A stretch of DNA of 59,351 nucleotides, counting the filler. It is 5 parts of 5 records of this genome, joined end to end, with 100 filler letters (N's around TTAATTAATTAA, not from the genome) between each part and the next. Parts side by side here need not be neighbours in the genome. Positions count along the whole stretch, not along the records: positions 8,881 to 30,044 come from SRR20825019_3125; positions 30,145 to 40,842 come from SRR20825019_3126; 3 more parts are not named here. One strand, written 5' to 3'. The position numbers were made by a program, and so were the translations under genes. Shown in pieces: positions 23,339-35,353 of this stretch. Under the pieces are notes generated by a model that was not told the origin of the DNA, did no database searches, and saw only the letters and a program-made list of their open reading frames with translations. Position 1 is the stretch's first letter; the number at the start of each line of letters is the position of its first letter.

Positions 23339-26300
23339 TCACCGCAGATGTTGTCCCGTTTGTGTAGCCTCCCAACCATCATGCTCCAATATTACTATGA
23401 TGCCTCCTGTGGGAGCTTTCTCAATTTCGATTGCGTCATTGGGTCGTAACGTAGCTTCGGTCTGAAGATTTGGGATCTCGGGAACTTTCAAGGTTGTAGG
23501 GGTGAAACCTAGAAAACATAACATTAGACATAACAAGATATATAATTACCACACATTCACGTGCACTCCTCATATCACATACCCAACGTAGCTGTATCAT
23601 ATGAAAGAACACACGACTCCTTCGCATCTGACCAAGATGCAAGTACAACCATGGCACTGTGACCCTTGCGCAGATATGTAGATACGAGTACATTATCGCA
23701 TTTCTTCACGGATACGGGGTGCCCTGATTCTTCAAACCATCCTATCATTTTCGAATGACTTATGCCAAATTTATCCCAAAGGCTCCATATGTAACGCGGA
23801 TCGCTCTTAATGTTGTTGTCTTGGCGCCTATTGGCCATTCCAACAAGAAGGCCACGGTATACATAACCAGGGTTGTCATTGTACACCAGCATGTCGCTAT
23901 GAAGACCGAATGGGATCGCCGATATCTCAACCAACCAGTACTCTGGACTGGAATTTTCGTAATCAAAACCTTCGCCAAGCCACGTGCTATCGATATAGGG
24001 AAACAGCTCCATGTAATTCAACGCTGGAGAAAGACAGAAGGCACCTTCACAAATCACTTGTGAGTCGCCATACACATTGACCATAGAACGCCACGGTACC
24101 TTGGTGTGAATGCATGTCTATCAATGGGCGGCGCTTGGCTTTTGTGTAAGAATCGAAGACACGTCTAACACGGCGCATTGTCGCACTGTCATACGCAACT
24201 TCATCTAGGTAGATGCCATCGAGACCGTGCTCCTCCACAAGGTATCTTATGCCTTCCACATACTGTAGGAAAACCACACTCAGACATCGAATAATTCACT
24301 AAAGGTGCCAACATACATAATTGTTCCAGCGCGAGAGACCAACCGTTTTGATGGCTACATCCATAAATCCATTCCCAAGAGGGGTGGACCAGGCAGGGCT
24401 ATAACCCGCGCCAAGGTGTTCCTAAGATACAATTAGATACTATACATTTTCCTTGCTCACCGGGACAATACCTGCAGCCAGTTAGATCCTCCTTGGGGCC
24501 CCTCGCTAAGGTACGTTTCGTTCGCGGAGCGTGCTGCCCACATCTCTGCACACATAACAGAAAGCTCTCGCATGGTATTATATATCTTGAATTGCATTCC
24601 TGCTTCATGAATTCCATTTGCCACCTCGGATAGGAGCTCACGCGTAAGATAAGGGTAGTTGATGTAAGGATTTGACCACGATCCTTGGTGAATAGTCACG
24701 ATGCTTGCTCCAGTCTCCGCAATGGCAGTCCAATTGTACACTGTATCGACAGTTGGAAGCATAAGATGATCAATGCGTTGCTCGAACCGATCTGTGGATA
24801 TCGGTCTGGCAGGAGTTGTCATAATGACGAACTTGAAATCTACACTTTCGTCTACTTTCATATCACGCTTTCCGCTGTACGCAATAAACTGAACACTTTG
24901 ATCTCCATTAGCTTTGATAGAAGCACCTCCAAGGCCGCCGTTGTGCCATGAATGTGGCGGGTCATGCATAAGGTCAACTTGGTCGTACATTACCGAGGCA
25001 TCCCAACTATCGTCGTCGCCTTTTAGCTTGATATACAACCCAGCGTCATGTTTGCCGAGCCACACACGATTGTTTCCATTCTTGCCATCCCACTTCCACT
25101 CTGCAGAAGCAGTCTTTCCTCCTTTCCGCCCTAATCCCATAAGGTAAACAGCAATATCACGAGGTACGCTAACCCGCAAAGACACATCAGCGGAAACTTC
25201 ACTCTTGGCTATTATTTTGCTAGTGAATTCCATCCTTCCAGTGTAGTCAATAGAAGCTTCCAGAATCATTTGCACATGGCCCCCCTCTGCCTTCGTACTC
25301 CATGACACCAACTCTGGAGTGGATTTGGCCAACTTTAGCATGGAGCACTTGAGAGACTCATCCTTCCCGTTGGCTAAAATATCCATGGCAACAGGCGCAC
25401 TGAGTAGCCCAATAGGTTTCTTTCCGTGCTCAAACGGACCTACATGAATTTCCCGCGGAAGTCCGAGACTATTCTTGTCAATTCTAGCAGACATATACGA
25501 TCCGTTGACACTAATTTCATCATCTGATGACTTCTGCTCAATTCTCGAGAATGGGTATGTTGGTGTATCGGCCTCATGCCCAAGAACAGAATCAAACCAC
25601 CGAAGACGCGACATTCTCCATGGCTCGATATCGCCCCTACGAGATATTACGCCCTCAACAACCATAATTTCTACATCAACAGAGTACATCTCGCCGCCCG
25701 CATTGTTGCCCAAATCAAACGCTATTGAGATGCTTCCCTTGTAGGTGTCTGGCTTCATGTCAGTGGGAATGTCCACTGTGATCCAGATTGGCTGGACCGA
25801 CCCCTTGGCAATGTGAATATCACGGGTGAAGGGACGTTGCCAATAATCTACACCTTCACAGTTGAAACAATGAAGACTCTTATGATCAATAGCATTTCCA
25901 CTTCCACCTGATAGATCACGAAACTCTAGTTTCGAGATTCTCACACTGTCTACAGCAAAGACCCCAAGCTGAAAAGCATAGTATTCCCCCTGCTTAGCAG
26001 TCCCAGCGAAGGAGGGGCTGGCCGTCGCGCGACAATTGGTCATCCACTCAGCAAGAGGTTGCGTGAGCACACGGATAGGCCTTGATCTGTCCTCGGGAAA
26101 GATGCCAACTTTAGCTGGAGCAATCTTTTTCACATACGATTCAATTTCTGCTTGTGTCGCCACAAGTTCCATCGGCTTCGCAGTATCGAAAGCAGAAGCA
26201 TACTGTATCATGCTAGCGGGCACGGTGACCTTGAGCACAGACTTCTTTGGTTGAGGCACCGTGCTCTTCACACACGAGTAACTGGATGATCCAAGCTTGT

Positions 26301-26799
26301 CATACTTGATGCTTGCGCTGAACTCCTTATCTTCCCATGTAAAGGGGAGATAGTATATTTGATACTCCCCCGGGCCATATAGAGGAACAAAGTTGACAAC
26401 ACCAACTTCCTTAGACAGTGTGACACACTCTGACTTGACAGGGAGATAACCATTGCCGTAAACCACCCTGACGTCTGTATGCACCTTGATGTCACCCCAC
26501 CTTCTCCACTCTATCGTTACCTACTGGAATTAGGCATCGACTCCAAAATCTAAAATAATTCTACTTACTTCGACAATATCCGCAAGATCTTGACCACATT
26601 CAACATTGACTACAGCTCGTCGGCTGCCGAAAGACCGACTCTTACCAGCAGGGTCAACATACTCGGCCTTTAAGGCAGTAGTTAGCACAACCCCCAAAAT
26701 ATGCTCGTCACTTACTGGCCACCCTCCACTAAACTGTGAAGATGCGGTGCAAAGAGTGACAGCCGCCAGAATGACAAGGACCGCACCTTCGAACCGCAT
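23339..26799 (-). CDS. Secreted glycoside-hydrolase-like protein (DUF6067 family; spliced; 3' end uncertain)
   Basis: Signal peptide MRFEGAVLVILAAV...; motifs EWRR, GEYYAFQLGV, EPWRMSRLRWFDS, IHQGSWSNPYINYPY, KIYNTMREL, WLQEHL, SRWNNYYVEG, DGIYLDE, IDMHS, PYIDSTWLGEGFDY, PEYWLVEISAIPFGL, resembling Bacteroidetes DUF6067 proteins. Confidence 0.8.
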
Positions 26800-26869
26800 A
26801 ACTAGGTAGTTGTGGGTACAAAATGAGAACTTAGCTAGTCCCCACATATGTGTACAAAGCCTTCAATCA

Positions 26870-27430
26870 GCCGGGTCAGGCCGCTGAGCTGCTGACATTA
26901 ATGGGTTCAAGTCCCAGGTAACCACGGCCGGCCATGGTAGGCCTCGCTGGACGCTCCAAACTGGGCCTATCGAGTGGAACTCATGGCACGCAGGACTCCC
27001 CTCCGGGAGGGCGCCGGTGCGTCGGGCGGCGGGTCTGGCGGGCCGACCGGACGGCACCCGGCTCCACGCCGAGTGAGTGGCGTGTGACGTTTCACCATCA
27101 CCACTCCCCACAGGATGCCGTACGCCCACAATCGGTGGTGGAGGACCGATCACTCGCGCCTTCCGAGCCGAGTTGGAGTGAGTGAGATCATGAATATCAA
27201 TTGACTTCCGAATCCGCTGGGGCCCCGGCGCGGTCACCGTTGACTCACCGGGCGCGCCCGGCCCGCGGCCGCGCTCCGCGCCGCCCGGCCCCCAGCCCGC
27301 CCTGCCCGGCCCGCGCGGCCGGCCCGGGCGCCCGGCGGGCCGCCTCGCCACGTCGCGACGGTGCCCCGCGGCCGGCGCCCGGCCGGCGCCGGTCAGCTGG
27401 GGTACAAGGCCCCGGATTTCCGGCTCGGCG
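26870..27430. promoter_or_regulatory. GC-rich island between divergent genes
   Basis: Lies between ATG 26799 (-) and ATG 27537 (+); only Pro/Arg/Gly/Ala junk ORFs. Confidence 0.55.
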
Positions 27431-27536
27431 ATGTTGGTGGCTAGTCTCACTGCAGAGTGAGTAAGTTAAATAAATGTGTGCTTCGCAAATGTGGTTACTT
27501 CAAGGCGGAGGTTCTGCGACTGACTATGATGTACTG

Positions 27537-29768
27537 ATGATGACTGCACTTCTTTCAAGAGTGTTTGTCGGTATTGCAAGGAAGCAGCCACATGTGGCTT
27601 CGCTTTTTCCACAAGGGCACCGAAGTGCATCAGGGCACCGATGTTTTTCCTGTTTATGGGACAAAGGGGCGGGCCCGATGCACATTCCGATAATACATAG
27701 CATGAAGCCCTTTTCTTCGCAGGGTTCTCGCACATTGTTCTCGACAAAGACAATACGAGCACCGGGAATCACACCGCAAATTCCACGAGTTTCAGACTCA
27801 AGAAACTTATTTAGCAAGTTGTTCGGTGGCAAGGATGGCCCGCAGCTGAACCTGATACCTTATCAGAAATCTGTAGGATACGCTGTTTTCGCAACAGTAT
27901 GCATAATAGTTTTCCCGCCTTTGCTGTATTTCGCGATGCTAGTCGTACGAGCAGATAAAATCTGCTATGACAAGCTGAAGGCTGGTGGGCTATGCGGAAC
28001 CATTGATGGCCAAATGTGGGTTCCAGAGTACTTCTCTTGTAGAGAAAAACTTGAAAGAAAGCTTTGCTGCATGCTAAACCAAGAGCCCGACAAAGTGGTT
28101 GTTGTCTCTGGCCCACCGAATTGTGGGAAGTCTACCTTTCTGAAGAAGGTTATCAAGCAGAGGGGCGCAGGTTTGATATTGAATTTACGCCTTTCTCCAA
28201 CGCATGATGTGAGTAATTTTGTGAGGGCTTTTAACGAAGTCATCGACTATCGCGCGCAACTGGTCCGGCATGCCTTCTTGGATGTCAGTCCTCTGAAAGG
28301 CGGTGAGATTATTGTTGTCAAGGATGCATACGATATCAGTGATTTCCAGCAAAGTCTCATGGTATTGACCAGGGCTTTGATGACATATAAGAGGAATCAT
28401 CCCGATTCCCCCTTGCCAGTTGTGAGTAAGATAGTCGCACTGTATCAGCAAGTCACTGACTTTTTCTTTGAAGATATGCATTGACGAGATGCAGAGTATG
28501 TCTCAACTCATGAGGACAACATCTGGACAAAAACTGCTAAGACATTTCATGGAATGGAGTGTCCATGTGACCAAGGACTGCCAACTTGCTCATATTATTT
28601 TGTGCGCTGATGACAGCTTCATCTTGTCTCATCTGTCGTCGTCATCACAGTATGGACGCGTTATCAGCAATTTTCCTGTTGGGGATTTCACTAGAAAGGA
28701 GACACTCGATTACTTGAGATCTAGGGTGGGGACCATCTCTAAAGAGGATAGCGAAAAGGTTGCAGATGTTGTTGGAGGCCGCGTGTCAGATTTGAATACG
28801 GTGATATCGCGGCTCCAGGTTTCTGATGGAGAAAGCGTCGAGGATATAATGGCAGACCTGTCGAATCCCATCCGTGACCGGATCATTACCGCTCTTTTCA
28901 TGAAGATGAAGGGGATAAGTGATGAAGATGAATCCTCTGGCGGCGATGATGGCGATGATGAGGATAATGACGACGCTGACGATGATGAAGACGAAGACGA
29001 AGACGATGTGATATTGAACCGGACGATAGGGAAGTGGACTCCACTTCAGCTTTGGAATGCTATGGATCTATTGGTAAATAAGGAAGGAAACAAAGTTCGC
29101 ATCCAAGAAATGGGAAACAGAGTATTCGAGGAGCATATGAGTCCACTGGCAAGTCTGATTGAAGCAGATATTTTGAGCTTCTGGACAGGATCCACCCTAA
29201 AGGCCTCACGGCAAGCTATTTTTATCACAGCATCGTCTCCATTGATGTTGAGCGTGTTTCGTGAAATCCTTGGGGATAGTGGTGTGAAGAAGATTATGCA
29301 GTTGAAGCAAGAGGTCGAGGATCTTCGAGACGAAGTACAGAATATCCACTCTAAGCTCGCAGCACATCAGAGCGTCATCCGGAATATATCGTCAAGGAAG
29401 GAAGAGTTACACCGGCAAACCAAGATATTCAACCGCCTGGAGAAGCACATTAGCTCGAAGGAAAGGGAAAAAATGGTTGCACAGTTGCTGGAGCGGGAAA
29501 AAACCACACACCATGTCCAGGACTCGACTGATGTAATGATGAGCAAACTGCAGTAAGTGCCATACGTGCTTGTGTTCAATGTTGAATGACCAGGAGCTTT
29601 CCGTGCAGCGAGGACAACTGGAAGCACAAAGCTAGAATAATGGAGATAGAAGGCGTGCTTGAATCGCTTGTAGAAGAGTTGCTAATGGAGATAGATCAGG
29701 TAGCTGATCCGAAGTCGTTGGCAGCTGGCGAGGCATCATCACTCTCCCATGTGGAGGATGCCCATTAG
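27537..29768 (+). CDS. Probable mitochondrial P-loop ATPase, Yme2/RNA12-like (spliced)
   Basis: Presequence-like N-terminus, one TM helix, Walker A SGPPNCGKST, Walker B ICIDE after an intron at ~28422-28473, EWSVHV...LAHII, VGGRVSDL; coiled-coil tail; second intron ~29553-29593. Confidence 0.7.
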
Positions 29769-30044
29769 ACTTCATGATTGAGGTTTGGTTGATTTTACCG
29801 AAATCAATACCTCACATGAGATCGCCATCTCCCCACACTCATCAGCCAAGCCGGCGGGGCCCGGGCACTGACTACCGTACGTTGTACGGGGCTACCGTGA
29901 CCGGCCGCCGCCGGGCCCGGCGACTGGGCGACGGCGGCGCGGGGCGGGCTGAGGGGGCGGCCTGCGGCAAACCCGGCGGGACGGGATCGGGCGGCGGCCG
30001 GCGCCGGCGCCGGGCGGGGGCTGGCCCTCCGGCCCCAGAGTCAG

Positions 30045-30144
30045 NNNNNNNNNNNNNNNNNNNNNNNNNNNNNNNNNNNNNNNNNNNNTTAATTAATTAA
30101 NNNNNNNNNNNNNNNNNNNNNNNNNNNNNNNNNNNNNNNNNNNN
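30045..30144. other. Artificial contig spacer
   Basis: N44-TTAATTAATTAA-N44. Confidence 0.98.
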
Positions 30145-30195
30145 CCCCCCCCCCCCCCCCCCCAATTTATGTGAAATGTTCTAATCTGACTACAG

Positions 30196-30516
30196 GAAAG
30201 CAAAGCCACGTATGGTGATGTTTCTTCAAATATTGTTCCTTAATCTCTTGTTGAAGCAAGAGACTGAGACAGTAGTTGGTGTTTTCCGTCGGATTGCAGG
30301 TGTAAACGACTTGAAAGATCTCCGGGACGGAATCAATATTTTCTACTTTGAGAGCTTGGGAGATGAGTTTAAGGCGACACTCAAGAAGGAAGACAAAAAG
30401 AAATTCAAGTGAGGTTACGATGGTGTAATCATGTCGTTTGCTGACAGGCAATTTACAGGGAAAGGATGAAGCTCACTGAGAAGGTTATGCGGGAGACATC
30501 CACCGTGCTGATCTAA
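30196..30516 (+). CDS. 3' exons of a truncated gene (possibly NOM1/Sgd1-like C-terminus)
   Basis: Acceptor CTGACTACAG at 30195; MFLQILFLNLLL...VFRRIAG...LRDGINIF...KKKF; intron ~30409-30458; then ERMKLTEKVMRETSTVLI*. The family call is a weak resemblance only. Confidence 0.5.
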
Positions 30517-30640
30517 TCTACAGAAAATCAGATGTATCTAGCATTGGCGCCGAAGGCATGACGGACACGCCATGCATGCACCACTAGTATTTCAGCGCAG
30601 TCCCTTTTGGGAATAAGCACCAGAATAAACAAGCACCAAA

Positions 30641-32473
30641 CTAGTCCAGAGCAATGAGCGCAGCATTGGTGACAGGGGCCGTTCCATGCCACTGACTGAC
30701 AATCCTGTTCATAGACATCTTGTCCCAGCGCGACTGCTCAACAACCCAATCATCCGACAAGTCTCCATCCGCAAGGCCCAAGATCGGCATAACATGATTT
30801 GCAGTCACTGCATTGGGAAGAACAATCATTAGGGTCTTACGCATGAATTGGTGGCGGCGCCAACTTACGTTCCTCACACGCCGTTAATGCCACAATCCTC
30901 AATCGGAACGATGAGAACACCACACTCGTCTTGAAGTAGGTCACATCATCCAGGTCGGGGTCATCATCCGGGGTGACCCATGCCGTGGTACAATCACCAT
31001 TTGGGCACATCTAGGACAATATCATTTAACGACGTATCATCATAGTTTCCAGAAATAAATTACCATAAATACACATGCGCCACGACCCGCAGATGTCGCA
31101 GGTATCTCGGGGAAGAATGGACCATCCAAAGCAGTCAAGCTGTACGTGGCATTGCCCACGGCCTCGTTCCAAGCCTCGAATTCAACTTCACAGCGCACTT
31201 TGCCCGTCTCAACCCAAACTTCTTGCCTGTCTTTATCGGGAGAGACATACATTGCGCGCTGCTCCTTCTGAGTTCCCTCATTGCCACATCTGATCCGATT
31301 CGATGGGTATTCTCCGTGCTTATCATCCCATGGAACATGTCGGTTCCTACTAAAGCTGGGATTTCTTTCAACATCCGCCACAAGCAACTGCCAATCCTGC
31401 TTGATGTCCAAGCTGGAGCGATATGCTAATGCTCGTCCGCCACTGAATATCCCGGAGCCTCCTAGATTTCCAGTCCCTACGTTTGATGCCAGCAAAGCTG
31501 CACCTACAAGCCGAGTCAGCTAAGCATGTATCATAAGAATGCGCACGGCCCACCTGTCATGGACGACCAGCCCTGCTGTACTTGGACTGCGGGGAACATA
31601 GGTGGCAGTGGGACCCACTGCCAATAAGTGCTCATAGTAAAATGCCTGCACATCAAGCGGATGTTACACCGCTGGGTTTGAGGGCATGTCATGTACGTAC
31701 CGTATTCCACGTTCCGCCATGGCCGGACCAAGATCAGAAAAGAAAACATCGTAACATATGAACATGCCCAGTTCCACGCCAAAATTGGTATATGTGGACT
31801 GGACAGGGCCTTCCGGGGCTGGGTCAGTCCCTTCACTCGCAAAGCGAGTCCATGTATAACTCTCAGTCAACCAGAGGTGACTTTTCCGATATCTTTGTAC
31901 AACCGTGCCAGTGTGGTCCAGTACGAGCTGCGTGTTGAGTTGGTAGTGCCCATCATGGTGGCAGTTGGCGTCTTTCCCATACACGCACGTCTGCGACTCA
32001 TACATACACGCAACAATGGTTAGGTTCGTCGTTCGTGCTGTACAGCTTAGGAATGCTAACACCTCTTCAGGTGACGAGGGTTGAGGTTTGTCATCTTTAG
32101 CCCACGCAGACGAAAAATTATCGCATGGGATGGTCCCAACTGATGCCGGCTTCGTCAACATGCAAGCTTCCGTCGTATCACGGCCCTCAAAGCACGCATC
32201 GGGCATCAACCCATCCTCTGCTGTTACCAGGATATCTGCACCTGCACTCCTGGCCTCCTTTGCATATTTTGCAAACTGCAGACCGTTCCACCCCATCGCA
32301 TGCAACTTCTCCCCATGACTTCGGTGTTTTCCCTCTAAAACAAAAGGAACAGACTGCAAAACTGCAGCCCGATACTGACTTGACACTTCGGAGGTCTGAA
32401 CCGAGCCACTAGTCTCAGTTAAGCAGCCAAGGGCCAGCAGGGTCAGCAACACTAAAAGGTGCATAGAGTCCAT
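30641..32473 (-). CDS. Biotinidase/pantetheinase (vanin) family carbon-nitrogen hydrolase, secreted (spliced)
   Basis: Signal peptide; YRAAVL, GADILVTAEDGL (Glu), YRKSHL (Lys), GMFICYDVFF (Cys) triad; LLASN...GSGIF; four ~50-60 nt introns. Confidence 0.9.
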
Positions 32474-32574
32474 GCTGCTGACCACACGACAATTCCACAC
32501 GGCATATGCCCAAGAAAGGAGACTGCCCTCATAGAGAGTTAAATATCAACAGGCACAGTTGGAACACGCGATAG

Positions 32575-32965
32575 CTCGTGAGTCAGGGCCCGTGTTGCTG
32601 GGCGATCACCAGCCGCCGCCGCCGCCGCCGCCGCGGGTCAGACGGGGTTTCGGTCAGCGCATGCAGTGGGGCTGACCATACAAGCTGTCACTTGGCAGAG
32701 TGGTGGTGGTGTGGCCAGGGGTGGGCCCCGCCCCAACCCTAGCAAGTCGCGTCGTCACGGGTCCGTGGCGCGAGGGCGCGCGGCCTCCGGCCCGGGGCGC
32801 CGCGCCCGCCGCGCGCAGCATCGCCGTCCCGCCGAGGCGGGTCGCCGGGCACGGCCGGCGCTGTCACTGTGGCGCGCCGCCGGCGCCGCGGTGCTCGCGG
32901 GGCCACGACGATCGCGTCGCCGCGCGGGCCCGGCAGCGGGGGCGGGACTCAACCGCCCCACTCCG
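32575..32965. promoter_or_regulatory. GC-rich island between divergent genes, with (GCC)n run
   Basis: Lies between ATG 32473 (-) and ATG 33489 (+); GCC microsatellite at ~32612-32633. Confidence 0.55.
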
Positions 32966-33488
32966 TTTCGCGCACACAAGAGAAAAGAGGAACCGTTATG
33001 AGCTGCGTCAAAGCCATCAACCAATCAGAACAGTTCGCGTCTGTTTGCGGGATCCTCTAAAGGAGCTAGTCACAGTGGCGGTGTGACTCACTGGTGAGGA
33101 CGTCGTTTCAGCATCAGCCCTGACGCATCGTACACGTAGCGGGCAAGCCCATCACTGAGCCCGAGTGCACGAAATTCGGACAACGGCACTCATCACTCCT
33201 CAGGCACACTAGTACTGAGCAGCCAACACGCTTCTCGTTGAATTCCTCGCGCGGCTCGGGCCTTTGGCTCGGCGTCGACCGGAACCGAACGGAAGGTCCC
33301 TGTGCGCTTGCTCGAGCTCGTTCGCTAGCCCACGCTCATTTCGGCCCCACCTGTGACACTGTCTCGTAGCCCCTATGACCAGTTGTCGACTAGTTTTCAC
33401 ATAGCGCTTGATCACTGTCTTCCAGCATCCGGTTGAAAATTGAATTTGAAGTGGAGTTGTGGTGATCACCTCTCTTGACTGCGGCATC

Positions 33489-34731
33489 ATGTTGTGCGAA
33501 GTGAATATGTGGGGCAATTTTGCCACTACATGGATCGGTTTGACTGTTATTGGCCTTGCGGGGTAGGGTTAGTGCGCTTTTTTCTATCGATCCCTAACAC
33601 ACCCGCAGTATGATCGTCATGTCGGGTATAGTCTTCTACAAATATTATGTTAAGGCGACATACGAGACGTGGCTGTGGAAGACCAACCCCAAATATCCCA
33701 CCCCAGAGATGGTTCGTGAGGAGATTATGCAGGTTTGTTCTTCCGTCCATTGCCAACTTGTGTGCTGGACTGAGTGCGTTGAAGATGCTTAAAGGGCTTG
33801 CCACTGGTGTTCTGTGCCCAGCCATGTCCCTGTGGCTCTCTGAGCATGGCCTAAGCGAAGCCTACTGTGGTTGGGGCGGATATGGTATGTATTCTGCTGT
33901 CTTGTGTGACGCTCGAGCTCTTACACCAATGCCAGGTGTTGGGTACCATATCTTCCAGTTTGTGTTCATTTTGGTGGTGACTGACTTTTTCGAGTTCCGT
34001 TACCACCGTTGGGGGCACATGTCCAAGGTTGGATGGGAGCACCACAAGCACCATCATGTCTTCTACAATCCCAGTCCTTTCTCTGTCATTGCGGATGAGT
34101 ATGTCGATCAGTTCGTGCGTTCCCTTCCGCTTGGTAAGAATCAATTCTTGCTATCTGCTGAAGTATTTAGCCCAAGTCTTCAGTTGTCTACCCTATGATC
34201 ATGCCCATCAACATGGATCTCCTCTTTTTCACCTTCGCTGTCTTCTTCTATGCCTACGGCGTTGTTCTTCACTGGGGACACGAGTTGAACTGGCCTGATG
34301 CCCACCACCCAATCATCAACAGCAGGTATCTACCCGTTTGCATTGTGTCTATTTCTATATTCTTATCTGTCCTACCTCAGCTACCAGCACTACCTTCACC
34401 ACAGCACCAGTATCAAGGGAAAGCCCTATTTTACCGGTTTCTATGTTAAGGTAGGTGCTTACAAAAAGGTCCGTTTCCACGAAGCTGATTTCATGCTTAG
34501 ATCTGGGACTATATGTACGGATCAACTTACCCATATGAGTGCAAGTGCGTCAAGTGCCAACGCGAGAAAGGTCTCCGTACTCGCGAGGCTTGGGAGAAGG
34601 TACGCATGCTTGTTTAAATGATGAAGGGAAAACACCAGTCTAAATTTGGAATATAGGTTGAGAAGGTTGACTACTCACCTCTGCTTCGGCCTTCATTCTG
34701 GTTCTCGGAGCGTACCACAAAAGTAATCTAG
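33489..34731 (+). CDS. Sterol desaturase / fatty-acid hydroxylase superfamily protein (spliced)
   Basis: Three His boxes HRWGH, HKHHH and HYLHH, plus LHWGHE and NPSPFSVIADE; about 7 short GT-AG introns; ends ...FWFSERTTKVI*. Confidence 0.88.
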
Positions 34732-34849
34732 CGTGTTACACTGGAAAGTGCCTTCAAATTAAAACTCTGGAGAACCATCGTCAATACGTGAGTGCCACGG
34801 TCCGTGTGCGCTGTGTGTGGAGAGCGCTTGGTCTGAACCCGGCTGTGAG

Positions 34850-35300
34850 GTTTGGGGCCCGCGAGGCCGTCACGGGACCACACGGCGCCCACGCACTTGG
34901 ATCCCCTGATCCGCAGGGCGGGCCGGCAGTCGGTGACCAGCCATTTCGCTGACGGACGAACGAGGCAACCCGACCAGACTAAACTTGAAGGCTACCATCC
35001 CGAAAGGGGGCTGTTAGTTCGTCCACTGCGCCGGGACCGGCGGCTGGCGGCGGACGCCCCGGGCTGCAACGCCGGGCCCGGGGCCGGTCGGCCGTTGGGG
35101 CCCGCCCCGCCCGCGGCCTCCAGTCCGGCGCCGCGCGGCCGCCCAGCTGAGCGGCGTGCCGGGCCGCAACCGCGACCGTCGCCGCCCGTGGCAGTCGGCC
35201 CCTCGCGGGCGGGCCCGCCGCGGCCCGGCCCCGCGCGCCGGCGGCTCGCCCCGGGCCGCCCCCGCGGCGACGGTCGCCGCCGGCCAGTGGGCGGCGCCAA
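34850..35300. promoter_or_regulatory. GC-rich upstream island
   Basis: Ends about 50 nt before ATG 35354, followed by a short AT-rich stretch. Confidence 0.55.
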
Positions 35301-35353
35301 GTGCATATTGATTTCCACCCCAGTTATAATTTGTCTTTTATTCTCAATCTGCC

